Assembly: GCA_937898895.1 (NCBI GenBank) | Contig: CALDKL010000500.1 | Coordinates: 1-32,730, forward strand | Reading direction: 5' to 3' | Length of the DNA: 32,730 nt | From: an uncultured Verrucomicrobiae bacterium | GTDB taxonomy: Bacteria; Verrucomicrobiota; Verrucomicrobiia; Verrucomicrobiales; DEV007 | In this document: one piece after another, positions 1-8,144 of the stretch | How the letters are laid out: every line of letters starts with the position of its first letter | Numbering within the stretch: the first letter of the stretch is position 1 | The notes under the pieces: model-generated | What the model saw: the letters and a program-made list of their open reading frames with translations, nothing else | The model's database searches: none | Told to the model about the DNA's origin: nothing | Position numbers and translations under genes: made by a program

Positions 1-938
1 ATTCGGCGGAGCAGGGTCATTGGCCCGGCCTCTGGGGAAAAGTCGAGTCCCTCGCGCACGAGACGCTCCTTGATGAAAGCGTCGATGGGATGCTTCTCGC
101 CGTTTTGCGGCAGCGGTGCCTGCACGGGAGGACGGAACGACCAATGATCGCGCTTGTCCTGAATCACGACGCTCGCCTCCTCGGGAAAATCCGCTCCCTG
201 ATCGATCCATGCGCGGAGGATCCCGATCTGAGCCGGCGTGAGCGGATCGCCCTTCTTCGGCATGCGTCCCTCGGGGCGCAGTCCGGCGACAAAGTGGATC
301 AGGGTCGAGGCTGCGCTGTCGCCCTTCACCAGGGCCACGCCGAGTTCGCCTCCCGCAAAGAGCGTTGGTTTGTGATCGAGTCGGAAGGCGGCTTCCTGGT
401 GTTTCGGACCGTGGCATTCGTAGCAGGAAGCGGCAAGGATCGGCTGCACGTCCGTCACGAAGTCGACTTTCTTCGTCGCCGCCGGAGGCAGTTGTGCCAG
501 CTCGGCCTCCGACAACTCGAGCGGCGAGGTGTCGCGGAGGACAAAGCCCTCCGGCCACGGTGCCCCGGCGTCGATCCAGGCGCGGAGTTTGCCGACTTGC
601 TCCGGGGAGAGGGCCAGCGATTCCTTCGGCGGCATTGCTTCGTCGGGATCGAGCCGGGCGACCCGGTGGATGAGATTCGCCTCGGCGCTCTGCCCCTTGA
701 CGAAGGGAGGGCCATTTTCGCCACCCTTCCGGAGAAGCTCCTCCGAATCGAGGCGGAATTCGCTCTTTTGCCGACGCGGCCCGTGGCACGAGATACAGGA
801 AGATTCGAGGATGGGACGAATGTCGCGCTGGAAGTCGACTCGATCTGCCGCCTTCGGCAAGTCGACACCGCGTGCCAATACAACCCCGAAGGCTATCGGC
901 AGAGAGAACCAGAACAGGACTCGGTTTCCGGAGATCAT
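1..938 (-). CDS. Planctomycete-type cytochrome c (two tandem domains) + DUF1549/DUF1553 (PSD1-type) protein, 3' part runs off the window
   Basis: Not in the ORF track because it is open at the left edge. Hand translation from the ATG at 938 gives MISGNRVLFWFSLPIAFGVVLA (signal-like), then VDFQRDIRPILESSCISCHGP...LRAWIDAGA, then VDFVTDVQPILAASCYECHGP...LRAWIDQGA, then HWSFRPP...HPIDAFI...LLRR. This contains two CxxCH motifs and the HW(S/A)F..P / PIDAFI start typical of DUF1549. Confidence 0.88.
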   Translation of the reverse strand, partial: MISGNRVLFWFSLPIAFGVVLARGVDLPKAADRVDFQRDIRPILESSCISCHGPRRQKSEFRLDSEELLRKGGENGPPFVKGQSAEANLIHRVARLDPDEAMPPKESLALSPEQVGKLRAWIDAGAPWPEGFVLRDTSPLELSEAELAQLPPAATKKVDFVTDVQPILAASCYECHGPKHQEAAFRLDHKPTLFAGGELGVALVKGDSAASTLIHFVAGLRPEGRMPKKGDPLTPAQIGILRAWIDQGADFPEEASVVIQDKRDHWSFRPPVQAPLPQNGEKHPIDAFIKERLVREGLDFSPEAGPMTLLRR

Positions 939-1162
939 GGGGCAGGGATGAAGATCTGCAGGATAGGTTCCCTCGCGAGAGTCCGCCCGTCTTGGATAGG
1001 GAGTTGGTCTTTTGGTATGATACGATCATTTCGACAGTCCGCAATCAGGGCGAAACAAGAGTCGAATCGCGAGCGAACAAATCCAGTCGCCGCCGCGACA
1101 AGAAAGGGGGTGGCGGGTTTTCGGGATTGAGTCCACCCGGATGGTTCGGGTAAAGGGAGACG

Positions 1163-2236
1163 ATGCCTTCGTGCCCGTTCCTCCTCCTGATCCTCATGTC
1201 CCTGACCGTTTCCATTTCACTCGGAGGAGAACGATCCGACGCCTCGCTCGACGCGGCCCTGGATGCGGTGGCTCCGGATCTGCCGAAATTCGCGATGGTA
1301 TGCCTGGTGAGGAAGGGCGAAGAGGGATCACCCGTCTTCGATTGGATCGACTATCGCGACACGGCCGATCGGAAGGATTTCTGGCCGGCCAGCACGGTGA
1401 AACTCTATGCGGCCATCGCGGCGATGGAGCGGGTGTGCGAGGCGGGATTCGATCTCGACGTGACGGCGACCTTTGCACACCGGGGCGCGGATGGGTCATG
1501 GGCGCTCGACTCCGCCCGGACCCTGCGGGAAATGACGAGCGAGGTGTTCCGGCGTTCTTCGAATGAGGACTACACCCTGCTCCTGCGACTCGTTGGGATC
1601 GACTGGCTGAACACCCGATTTCTCTGCGTAGAGCGCGGGTTCCCCAATTCGGCGCTGATGCGTGGCTATGTGAAAACGCGGCCCTGGGTATACGAGCGCG
1701 AGGAGGCTCAGCGGATACGCCTCACTTCGGCCGATGGCAGTCGCTCCGTCGATCTCGAACACGTCTGGAGCGGACGATCATATGCGGAAGAGCGCGGTTG
1801 CACCGTCATCGACTCGCGCACCGGAAACGTAACCACCCCGCGCGAACTGCTCGATTGTCTGAGAAGGATCCTCTTTCACGAACATCTCCCCGAGGCAGAC
1901 CGGTTCCGGCTCAGCGCAGAACAATTGCGATTCCTTCGCGAAGGCGGCGACGGACTGACCGGTTTGGCGACGGCGGCTCCGGAATCGGGTCCGAGCGGAT
2001 GGACCAAGGCAGCGCACGAGATTTTTCCCAAAGCCAGATATCATCACAAGAGCGGCCTCATCAGCGACTATGCACTCGAGCTGGGTCAGGTCGATGACTC
2101 CGCGAACGGAGGACCACGTTATCTCTTCATCGCCGTGATCGGAGCAGGCTCCGCGACGAAACCGGTCGATGGTGAGACCCTCGTCGGTCAGATGTCGCTG
2201 GAGATCGCGAAATGGGTGCGGAGTGCCGCGAAGTGA
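1163..2236 (+). CDS. Secreted serine hydrolase, penicillin-binding-protein/class A beta-lactamase-like fold
   Basis: N-terminal hydrophobic signal; SxxK (PASTVK), SxN (SSN) and K(T/S)G (HKSG) motifs in the correct order. Confidence 0.75.
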   Translation: MPSCPFLLLILMSLTVSISLGGERSDASLDAALDAVAPDLPKFAMVCLVRKGEEGSPVFDWIDYRDTADRKDFWPASTVKLYAAIAAMERVCEAGFDLDVTATFAHRGADGSWALDSARTLREMTSEVFRRSSNEDYTLLLRLVGIDWLNTRFLCVERGFPNSALMRGYVKTRPWVYEREEAQRIRLTSADGSRSVDLEHVWSGRSYAEERGCTVIDSRTGNVTTPRELLDCLRRILFHEHLPEADRFRLSAEQLRFLREGGDGLTGLATAAPESGPSGWTKAAHEIFPKARYHHKSGLISDYALELGQVDDSANGGPRYLFIAVIGAGSATKPVDGETLVGQMSLEIAKWVRSAAK

Positions 2237-2245
2237 GCGAGTTGC

Positions 2246-2287
2246 GCCACCGAAAAATGACACCAAAGCCGTTTTCTGATCGGTGGC
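2246..2287. other. Imperfect inverted repeat just after the serine hydrolase stop (possible terminator/RNA-stability hairpin)
   Basis: GCCACCGA (2246-2253) pairs with TCGGTGGC (2280-2287), with inner AAAATG/CGTTTT pairing. No clear adjacent U-tract. Confidence 0.3.
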
Positions 2288-2426
2288 AGTGATGGGACCC
2301 ATCTTTTCCATTTTCATGGACCGGCCATTGTGCTACGATCCAGCAATGAGGGGGCAGGCCTAGAATCACGACACCCTGACAAAAATCAAATCCCTTCGCC
2401 GCAGAGCGGCTTAGTTCAACCATGCG

Positions 2427-3845
2427 ATGAGCCGAATCCGCCTTCTCCTGGTGTTCCTCATTGCGATTCCGGCCTTTGCTGCCGAGCGCCTCCCCAATCT
2501 CGTCTTCATCCTCACCGACAATCAGGGCGCGTGGACCCTGGGCTGCTACGGAAATCCTGACATTCATACACCGAACATCGACCGACTCGCTTCCGAGGGG
2601 ATGCGGTTCACCAGGGCGTTGAGCAGCAATCCGGTCTGCTCTCCGACCCGGGCGACCTACCTGACAGGGTTGATTCCTTCACAACACGGGGTTCATTCCT
2701 TTCTCGATCCGAAATTCATGGTAGGTCCCGAGGCCTATTACACGCTCGAGGAGTTCGAGACCCTGCCCGAGATCCTCCATGAAGAAGGATACACCTGCGG
2801 CCTCGTCGGAAAATGGCATCTCGGCGCGAACCTCACTCCGCAGGACGGCTTTTCGACCTGGGTAACGATGGAGCGCGGCAGCACGCACGATTTTTATTCC
2901 GATCCCATCATTGAAAACGGAAAAATCCAACCGACTCCGAAATACCTGACCGAACTCTGGACGGAGCGGGGCAAACGTTTTCTCGAGGAGCAGAAGGGGA
3001 GCGACAAACCCTTTTTCCTCTATCTCGCCTACAACGGTCCCTACAATCTCGGGCCAATGCTCCTCGAGTCGGCCAGAAACCCTCACTCCGCCACCTACGC
3101 AGATCAGTTTCTGCCCTCCTTCCCGCGCGATGCGATGCATCCCTGGCAGGACGCCAACAAACCCTATCACAACAACCTCACGAGCATCCGTCGCGTCGCT
3201 GCCGAGACGAGTGCCGTCGACGACGGAGTCGGGATGATCCTCGCGGCCCTCAAGGAGAATGGTTTTGAGGAGAACACCCTCGTCGTCTACGCCTCCGACC
3301 AGGGTTGGATGGGAGGACAAAACGGAATTTTCGGGATGGGCGACCACACCCGGCCGATCGGGGCCCACGATTTGATGATGCAGGTGCCGCTCATCTTCCG
3401 GCAACCGGGCACGGTGTCCGCGGGAACGAGCGACCTCCTCGTGAGCAACTACGACTTTCTCCCCAGCATCCTCGATCAACTCGGTCTCGCCCACCGCATT
3501 CCGGCGGACGCGAACCTGCCGGGCCACAGTTACGCGCCGGTCCTGCAGGGAAAGGAGATCGGGTGGACCAACGAGATGATCTACGAGATGGAGGGCTGCC
3601 GCTGTTATCGCGATGATCGCTGGAAAATCGTCCTACGCCGCTTTCCCTCCGGCCCTTCGGAACTCTACGATCTGCAGAGCGATCCGCGCGAGCGGTTCAA
3701 TCTCTTTGGCCAGCCCGATCTCGCGGAAACGCAGAGCGAACTGATCGCGAAGCTCGAAGCGAAGTTCGCGAAATACGCCGATCCGCAATACGATCTGTGG
3801 AGAAACGGTCGATCAAAGGCAAAACTCCACACTCCGCGCGAGTGA
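2427..3845 (+). CDS. Sulfatase (formylglycine-dependent, Cys-type), secreted
   Basis: Signal peptide; PNLVFILTDN, CSPTRA (CxPxR), GKWHLG and ELYDL..DP.E..NL motifs. Confidence 0.93.
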   Translation: MSRIRLLLVFLIAIPAFAAERLPNLVFILTDNQGAWTLGCYGNPDIHTPNIDRLASEGMRFTRALSSNPVCSPTRATYLTGLIPSQHGVHSFLDPKFMVGPEAYYTLEEFETLPEILHEEGYTCGLVGKWHLGANLTPQDGFSTWVTMERGSTHDFYSDPIIENGKIQPTPKYLTELWTERGKRFLEEQKGSDKPFFLYLAYNGPYNLGPMLLESARNPHSATYADQFLPSFPRDAMHPWQDANKPYHNNLTSIRRVAAETSAVDDGVGMILAALKENGFEENTLVVYASDQGWMGGQNGIFGMGDHTRPIGAHDLMMQVPLIFRQPGTVSAGTSDLLVSNYDFLPSILDQLGLAHRIPADANLPGHSYAPVLQGKEIGWTNEMIYEMEGCRCYRDDRWKIVLRRFPSGPSELYDLQSDPRERFNLFGQPDLAETQSELIAKLEAKFAKYADPQYDLWRNGRSKAKLHTPRE

Positions 3846-3851
3846 TCCGGT

Positions 3852-4343
3852 TCAGGGACGTCCGGACCCGTCCCGATACGGGGTCGATTCGACGACCTCG
3901 GCTTCGACATTGATGACATTCGAAGGGGTTCCCCGGGAGGCTCCGGAGCGAAACGACGCCGCTTCGGCCACGTTCACGACGCGGAAGCGGCGGCGCAGGG
4001 AATCTTCGAGACGGGAGCGCACCAGGGTCCGCACGAGCGGGATCAGAAGCAGAAAACCTATCGTGTCGGTAAAGAAGCCGGGGGTGAGGAGAAGAGCCCC
4101 CGCAACGAGAATGAGGAGGCCGTCGATGACCGCCTCGTGCGGAAGTCGTCCCTCGGCGATGGATTGCTGGTATTTGGAAATCGCCCGGAGCCCCTGCGAG
4201 CGGGCGAGTGCCGCGCCGAGAATCCCGGTGAGGAAAATGATTGCGAAGGTGGGAAGGATGCCGATCTCTCGCCCGATCACGAGAAAGAGAAACAACTCGA
4301 TGAGCGGGACGATGAGGAAGAGCAGAAAGAGCCTGGCAAACAT
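3852..4343 (-). CDS. fxsA: FxsA family membrane protein
   Basis: LFLIVPLIEL...GAALARSQG...AGALLLTPGFFTD..G signature. Confidence 0.9.
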   Translation of the reverse strand: MFARLFLLFLIVPLIELFLFLVIGREIGILPTFAIIFLTGILGAALARSQGLRAISKYQQSIAEGRLPHEAVIDGLLILVAGALLLTPGFFTDTIGFLLLIPLVRTLVRSRLEDSLRRRFRVVNVAEAASFRSGASRGTPSNVINVEAEVVESTPYRDGSGRP

Positions 4344-4408
4344 GGGCGGTCGAGAAGTTGGAGTGCGCAGAGGGGCATTTCGTTCAACCAGACCCGTTGC
4401 TTTCGCTC

Positions 4409-5191
4409 TCAGGCCGTTTCCTCGGGGACATTACGGCAGTGTTTGAGCCGATAGCCGCCATCGACGGGCAGGATCGTGCCGGTGACATAGTCGGAGTCGG
4501 AGGAACACAGGTAGACGGCCGCTTTCCCGATGTCCTCTCCTGTCCCGAGGCGTCCCCAGGGAAGTTTGCGGGCTTCGGCGGCAATCGTCTCGTCGTTGTA
4601 GTGCTCGCGTTCGCCGGGAGTGTCGATCCAGCCGGGCTCGATTGCGTTGACGTTGATGTGGTGTTCGAACAATTCCACCGCCATGGTCTGCATCATCGTG
4701 TTGAGAGCCGCCTTGGCCGCGCTGTAGGCAACACAGCGGGCGTTGGGAACACGGGCGAGGACGCTGGATATGAAGACCACTTTGCCCGGCTTCTTCCGTT
4801 CGACAAAGTGGCGGCAGACGAGCTGGCTCATGTGGAATCCCCCAAGGAGGGCGGATCGGAGGATGCCTTCAAAGACGGCTCCTTCGTATTCGAGAAAGCT
4901 GGCGCGGCGGTTGTAAGCAGGCACACTGACGAGGGCATCGACCCCGCCGAATTCGGCGAGAGCGGCGTCCCGGACCGTCTCGCATCCCTCGCGGGTGAAG
5001 GCGTCCGCCTCGACCGCAAGGCAGCGAACCCCAAGCGAGCGAATCGTCTCGGCGGCTCCGGCAAGTTCCGCGCTGCCGGGGCGGTCGGACAGCACGATAG
5101 AGGCGCCCTCCTTTGCGAGTTCGATGGCGCAGCCGAGTCCGATACCGCGGGCTCCTCCGGTGACAATGGCGATCTGGTCCTTCAGTTTCAT
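4409..5191 (-). CDS. Short-chain dehydrogenase/reductase (classical SDR)
   Basis: TGGARGIG nucleotide-binding motif, YSAAK catalytic motif, VNAIEPGWIDT, VDGG. Start placed at MKLKDQ (ATG 5191) rather than at the longer ORF start. Confidence 0.92.
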   Translation of the reverse strand: MKLKDQIAIVTGGARGIGLGCAIELAKEGASIVLSDRPGSAELAGAAETIRSLGVRCLAVEADAFTREGCETVRDAALAEFGGVDALVSVPAYNRRASFLEYEGAVFEGILRSALLGGFHMSQLVCRHFVERKKPGKVVFISSVLARVPNARCVAYSAAKAALNTMMQTMAVELFEHHINVNAIEPGWIDTPGEREHYNDETIAAEARKLPWGRLGTGEDIGKAAVYLCSSDSDYVTGTILPVDGGYRLKHCRNVPEETA

Positions 5192-5288
5192 GGAGGGCGA
5201 GTGTAGCCCAGGGCCGGAGAGATTTCCCGCGATTTTCGCAGCCGAATCATGCCTTGACCGTCCCCGAGCGACCGGGCAAGGTGCCCGT

Positions 5289-5822
5289 GTGAATGAGAGA
5301 AACCTGATCCGCCTGCGCGATGCCATCCGCGACGTGCCCGATTTCCCGAAGCCCGGCGTCCTTTTCAAAGATATCACGCCCATCCTCGCGAGCGGCGAAC
5401 TCTTCCGTCTTGCCATCGACGAGTTTGTCTCCGCTGTGGGAGGAGAAAGCCCCGACAAGATCATCGGGATCGATGCCCGCGGATTCATTTTCGGAGCGGC
5501 CCTGGCTGACCGGATCGGAGCGGGTTTCGTGCCGGTGCGCAAAAAGGGAAAGCTGCCCTGGGAGACGCACGGTGCATCCTATTCACTCGAATACGGAGAA
5601 GCCCATGTGGAGATTCACCGCGACGCGATTCGGAAAGGGGAAAAGGTCGTCCTCATCGATGATCTTCTCGCCACCGGCGGCACCGCCGGAGCGGCGCTTC
5701 AGCTCATTCGAGAACTCGGCGGCGAAGTGCTCTGCCTCACGTTTCTCATCGAGCTGGCCTTTCTCGCGGGGCGCGCTCGCCTGGATCCCGCTGTGCGCAC
5801 CGTGGCATTGCTGACTTTTTGA
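5289..5822 (+). CDS. apt: Adenine phosphoribosyltransferase
   Basis: IRDVPDFPKPGVLFKDITP, DARGFIFG, RKKGKLP, YSLEYG and the PRPP motif LIDDLLATGGT. GTG start at 5289 is inferred. Confidence 0.96.
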   Translation: MNERNLIRLRDAIRDVPDFPKPGVLFKDITPILASGELFRLAIDEFVSAVGGESPDKIIGIDARGFIFGAALADRIGAGFVPVRKKGKLPWETHGASYSLEYGEAHVEIHRDAIRKGEKVVLIDDLLATGGTAGAALQLIRELGGEVLCLTFLIELAFLAGRARLDPAVRTVALLTF

Positions 5823-5846
5823 TCGGGAGAAATCGGGAGACCACCG

Positions 5847-6581
5847 ATGACCTACGAAAGCGACATTCTGCGCGACTGGTATTTGCTGTTTCACTACGGA
5901 TCGCCCGAGGAGATCCTGCAGGATGCCGCCTTTGCCGTCTCGGATCTGCCGCCGGGCAGTCTCGAGTTTCCGGTTCAGTCGGTGGAGATTGCCGGAATCC
6001 GAAAGGAGATCGGGCGGGCGCTCGATGTGGGATGCGCGGTGGGACGCTCGGCCTTCGAGATGTCGAGACTTGCCGGCGAGGTCGTCGGACTTGATTTTTC
6101 CCGGAGTTTCATCGATGCGGCCGAGAGCCTGCGTCGGGGAGATGCGCTGGCCTACCACCGCTATCGCGAAAGTCACCTTCCTGAACCCCTCGTGGCACGT
6201 CTGCCGCCGGGAGCCCGACCTGAGCGGGTGAGGTTTGCGACGGGCGATGCGATGAACCTGGATTTGCTCCTCGGGGCCTTTGATCTCGTTCACGCGGCCA
6301 ACCTGCTCTGTCGTTTGTCCGATCCGATCCGTTTCCTGGATCGTCTCCCGGCTCTAGTAAAACCGGGCGGAATCCTCGTGCTCGCCACCCCGGCGACGTG
6401 GATGGAGATCCACACGCCACGGGAAAACCAGCCTCCGGGGGATACGCTGGATTATCTGAAGGCACGCCTCGAAGATTCCTTCGAGCTTCGCAGTGTCACC
6501 GAATTGCCCTTTTTCCTCCGCGAGCATCGTCGCAAGTTCCAGCTCAGCACCTCGCAGACGAGCGTCTGGCGCAAGCGTTAG
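5847..6581 (+). CDS. Class I SAM-dependent methyltransferase resembling the OvoA C-terminal (putative 4-mercaptohistidine N1-methyltransferase) domain
   Basis: YES...YLLFHYG, RALDVGCAVGRSAFE, GLDFSRSFI, GDAMNL, ANLLCRL, LREHRRKFQ...S.W pattern. Confidence 0.75.
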   Translation: MTYESDILRDWYLLFHYGSPEEILQDAAFAVSDLPPGSLEFPVQSVEIAGIRKEIGRALDVGCAVGRSAFEMSRLAGEVVGLDFSRSFIDAAESLRRGDALAYHRYRESHLPEPLVARLPPGARPERVRFATGDAMNLDLLLGAFDLVHAANLLCRLSDPIRFLDRLPALVKPGGILVLATPATWMEIHTPRENQPPGDTLDYLKARLEDSFELRSVTELPFFLREHRRKFQLSTSQTSVWRKR

Positions 6582-6777
6582 CGCGGATCTGTTTTGCGAC
6601 GGGTGGATTGCGAGGACCATTCTGACGATCCTCTTTCTTCTCATGGCGGGCCTCATTTTCGGGCATGCCCACTACAGCATCGATATGTTTTCAGGAGTGT
6701 TTTTCAGCTACGCCATCGTGAAGTATGCCGAGAAACACCTGCTCGCCCGGCTCGTTCCGGGAAGCGGGCGCGCCTGA
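6580..6777 (+). pseudogene. C-terminal fragment of a PAP2/sphingomyelin-synthase-like membrane protein
   Basis: About 65 codons giving a hydrophobic helix, then HAHYSIDMFSG (catalytic H-x3-D-like motif), then a second helix. There is no usable start or N-terminal portion between the methyltransferase stop (6581) and these helices. Confidence 0.5.
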
Positions 6778-6789
6778 GGGCCGCAGTCT

Positions 6790-7986
6790 TCAGCGCTCCT
6801 CGCGCACTTCCTTCCAGCGTTTGTGCATCCAGATCCATTGCTCGGGATGACGCAGAATGATGCGCTCGAGTGCTTCGTTGAAGCGTTTCGTGTTCTTCGC
6901 GATGATGTCCCTGGTCCGACCCTCGACGAGGACTTCCACGGGCGGCTCGAAACGGAGCACGTGTGTGCCGTCGGCCTCGCGCCAGCTCGACGAAGGGATC
7001 ACCGGCGCTCCGGTGAATTGTGCGAGCACTGCCAGGCTCTTGAAGGTGTGCGCGGGGTGGCCGAAGAACTCCGAGCGAATTCCGTATTTTCGCACCGTGA
7101 ACTGATCGAAAATCGAAACGACGATCCGGTTCTCCTCGAGCAGGGCGAGGATCTCGTCGAGTGAGCCGCTTTTCTCGAGAGTGCCGAAGCCCGCCTTCCG
7201 GAATCGACGCATCACGAGATCGTTGAACCATTTCGGCTTGAGAGGACGGCGGATGAAGTGCAGAAGTCCGCGATACTGTTTGAATTGCGACATCCCCGCG
7301 ACCGTCGAGACCTCCCAGTTTCCAAAATGTCCGGCGAGGAGGAGCACACCTTTCCCTTTCTCTCGCGCTGCGGCGAGATGTTCGATGCCCTCGATGCGGA
7401 TGAGCTTCGCCCTGGCTTCGTCGTCCAAAAAGGGGAGCCTGACAAACTCACCAAGAAACCTTACAAGATGCGCGTAGAAAGCCTGGGCGATTTCGGCGAT
7501 GCGGCGGTCGGTGAGCGTGTCTCCGAAAACGCGGCGGAGATTCCCGAGAATGACCCGGCGGCGGAGGGGGAGGACGTGGTAGATGAGCTTTCCGTACCAC
7601 GGCACCGCCATCACGGCTGGTTCGGCGGTGGCCACGGCCGTGGCACTGGTTTCGGTGTGGGTGGTGGAGACCGCGAGCGAGGCGACGCGGTGGCGGTTCA
7701 TTACGGCGCGAGCCCGCTCCGATGGCAGGATGTGAGGTTGTCCGTAGCCGTCTCGCGAGACGGAGAAGTCGTGTGGTTCGATCGTGCCGAGACAAATTTC
7801 CTTCGGAAACAGTTTGCAGCAGGCTTCCTTCGCTGCAAAGCGCGCTGCGAGTTTCTGAGCGCGGGCTTCCCCGGCGGCGTCGGAAAGCTCCTCTGACGAG
7901 AAGAAACAGCGCAGCCCCTCGTCGTCGAGATCGGCGAGGAGTTTTTCGATGCGGGAGATTTCGACCGTGTCGATGCCGTTGCGCAT
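6790..7986 (-). CDS. Fusion: holo-ACP synthase (AcpS) + lipid A lauroyl/myristoyl acyltransferase (LpxL/HtrB family)
   Basis: N-terminal ~125 aa has NGIDTVEISRI, LAARFAAKEACCK, GQP and VSTTHT (AcpS). The C-terminal part has LLLAGHFGNWE, IFDQ, FFGHPA and PEQWIWMHKRWK (lipid A acyltransferase). One uninterrupted frame; ATG at 7986. Confidence 0.88.
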   Translation of the reverse strand: MRNGIDTVEISRIEKLLADLDDEGLRCFFSSEELSDAAGEARAQKLAARFAAKEACCKLFPKEICLGTIEPHDFSVSRDGYGQPHILPSERARAVMNRHRVASLAVSTTHTETSATAVATAEPAVMAVPWYGKLIYHVLPLRRRVILGNLRRVFGDTLTDRRIAEIAQAFYAHLVRFLGEFVRLPFLDDEARAKLIRIEGIEHLAAAREKGKGVLLLAGHFGNWEVSTVAGMSQFKQYRGLLHFIRRPLKPKWFNDLVMRRFRKAGFGTLEKSGSLDEILALLEENRIVVSIFDQFTVRKYGIRSEFFGHPAHTFKSLAVLAQFTGAPVIPSSSWREADGTHVLRFEPPVEVLVEGRTRDIIAKNTKRFNEALERIILRHPEQWIWMHKRWKEVREER

Positions 7987-8144
7987 GGAGAAAATGGGAA
8001 GGCGGACTGTGCGCCGAATCGGGGCGGGAAGCAACCCCTCGATCGAAAGACGAGGGCATCCCCGGCCGTATCGGACAAAAGCCATTGCGGGGCGAGAGGA
8101 AGCAGCGTAAACACTCCCCTCTTTCCTCCGTTTTTCGACCCGAT

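Noticed and set aside
90-1130. 346-aa plus-strand ORF
   Set aside because: It is antisense to the cytochrome c/DUF1549 gene, which carries clear CxxCH motifs on the minus strand.
2400-2426. GCGGCTTAGTTCAA resembles a tRNA 5' end/D-arm
   Set aside because: There is no T-arm (GTTCGA) or acceptor stem, and the sequence runs straight into the sulfatase start.
4995-5542. Long N-terminal extensions of the SDR and apt ORFs (likewise mpl, nuoJ, second nuoM, SNF2, HMA)
   Set aside because: The extensions overlap neighbouring genes or promoter gaps, and family similarity begins at the downstream starts used here.
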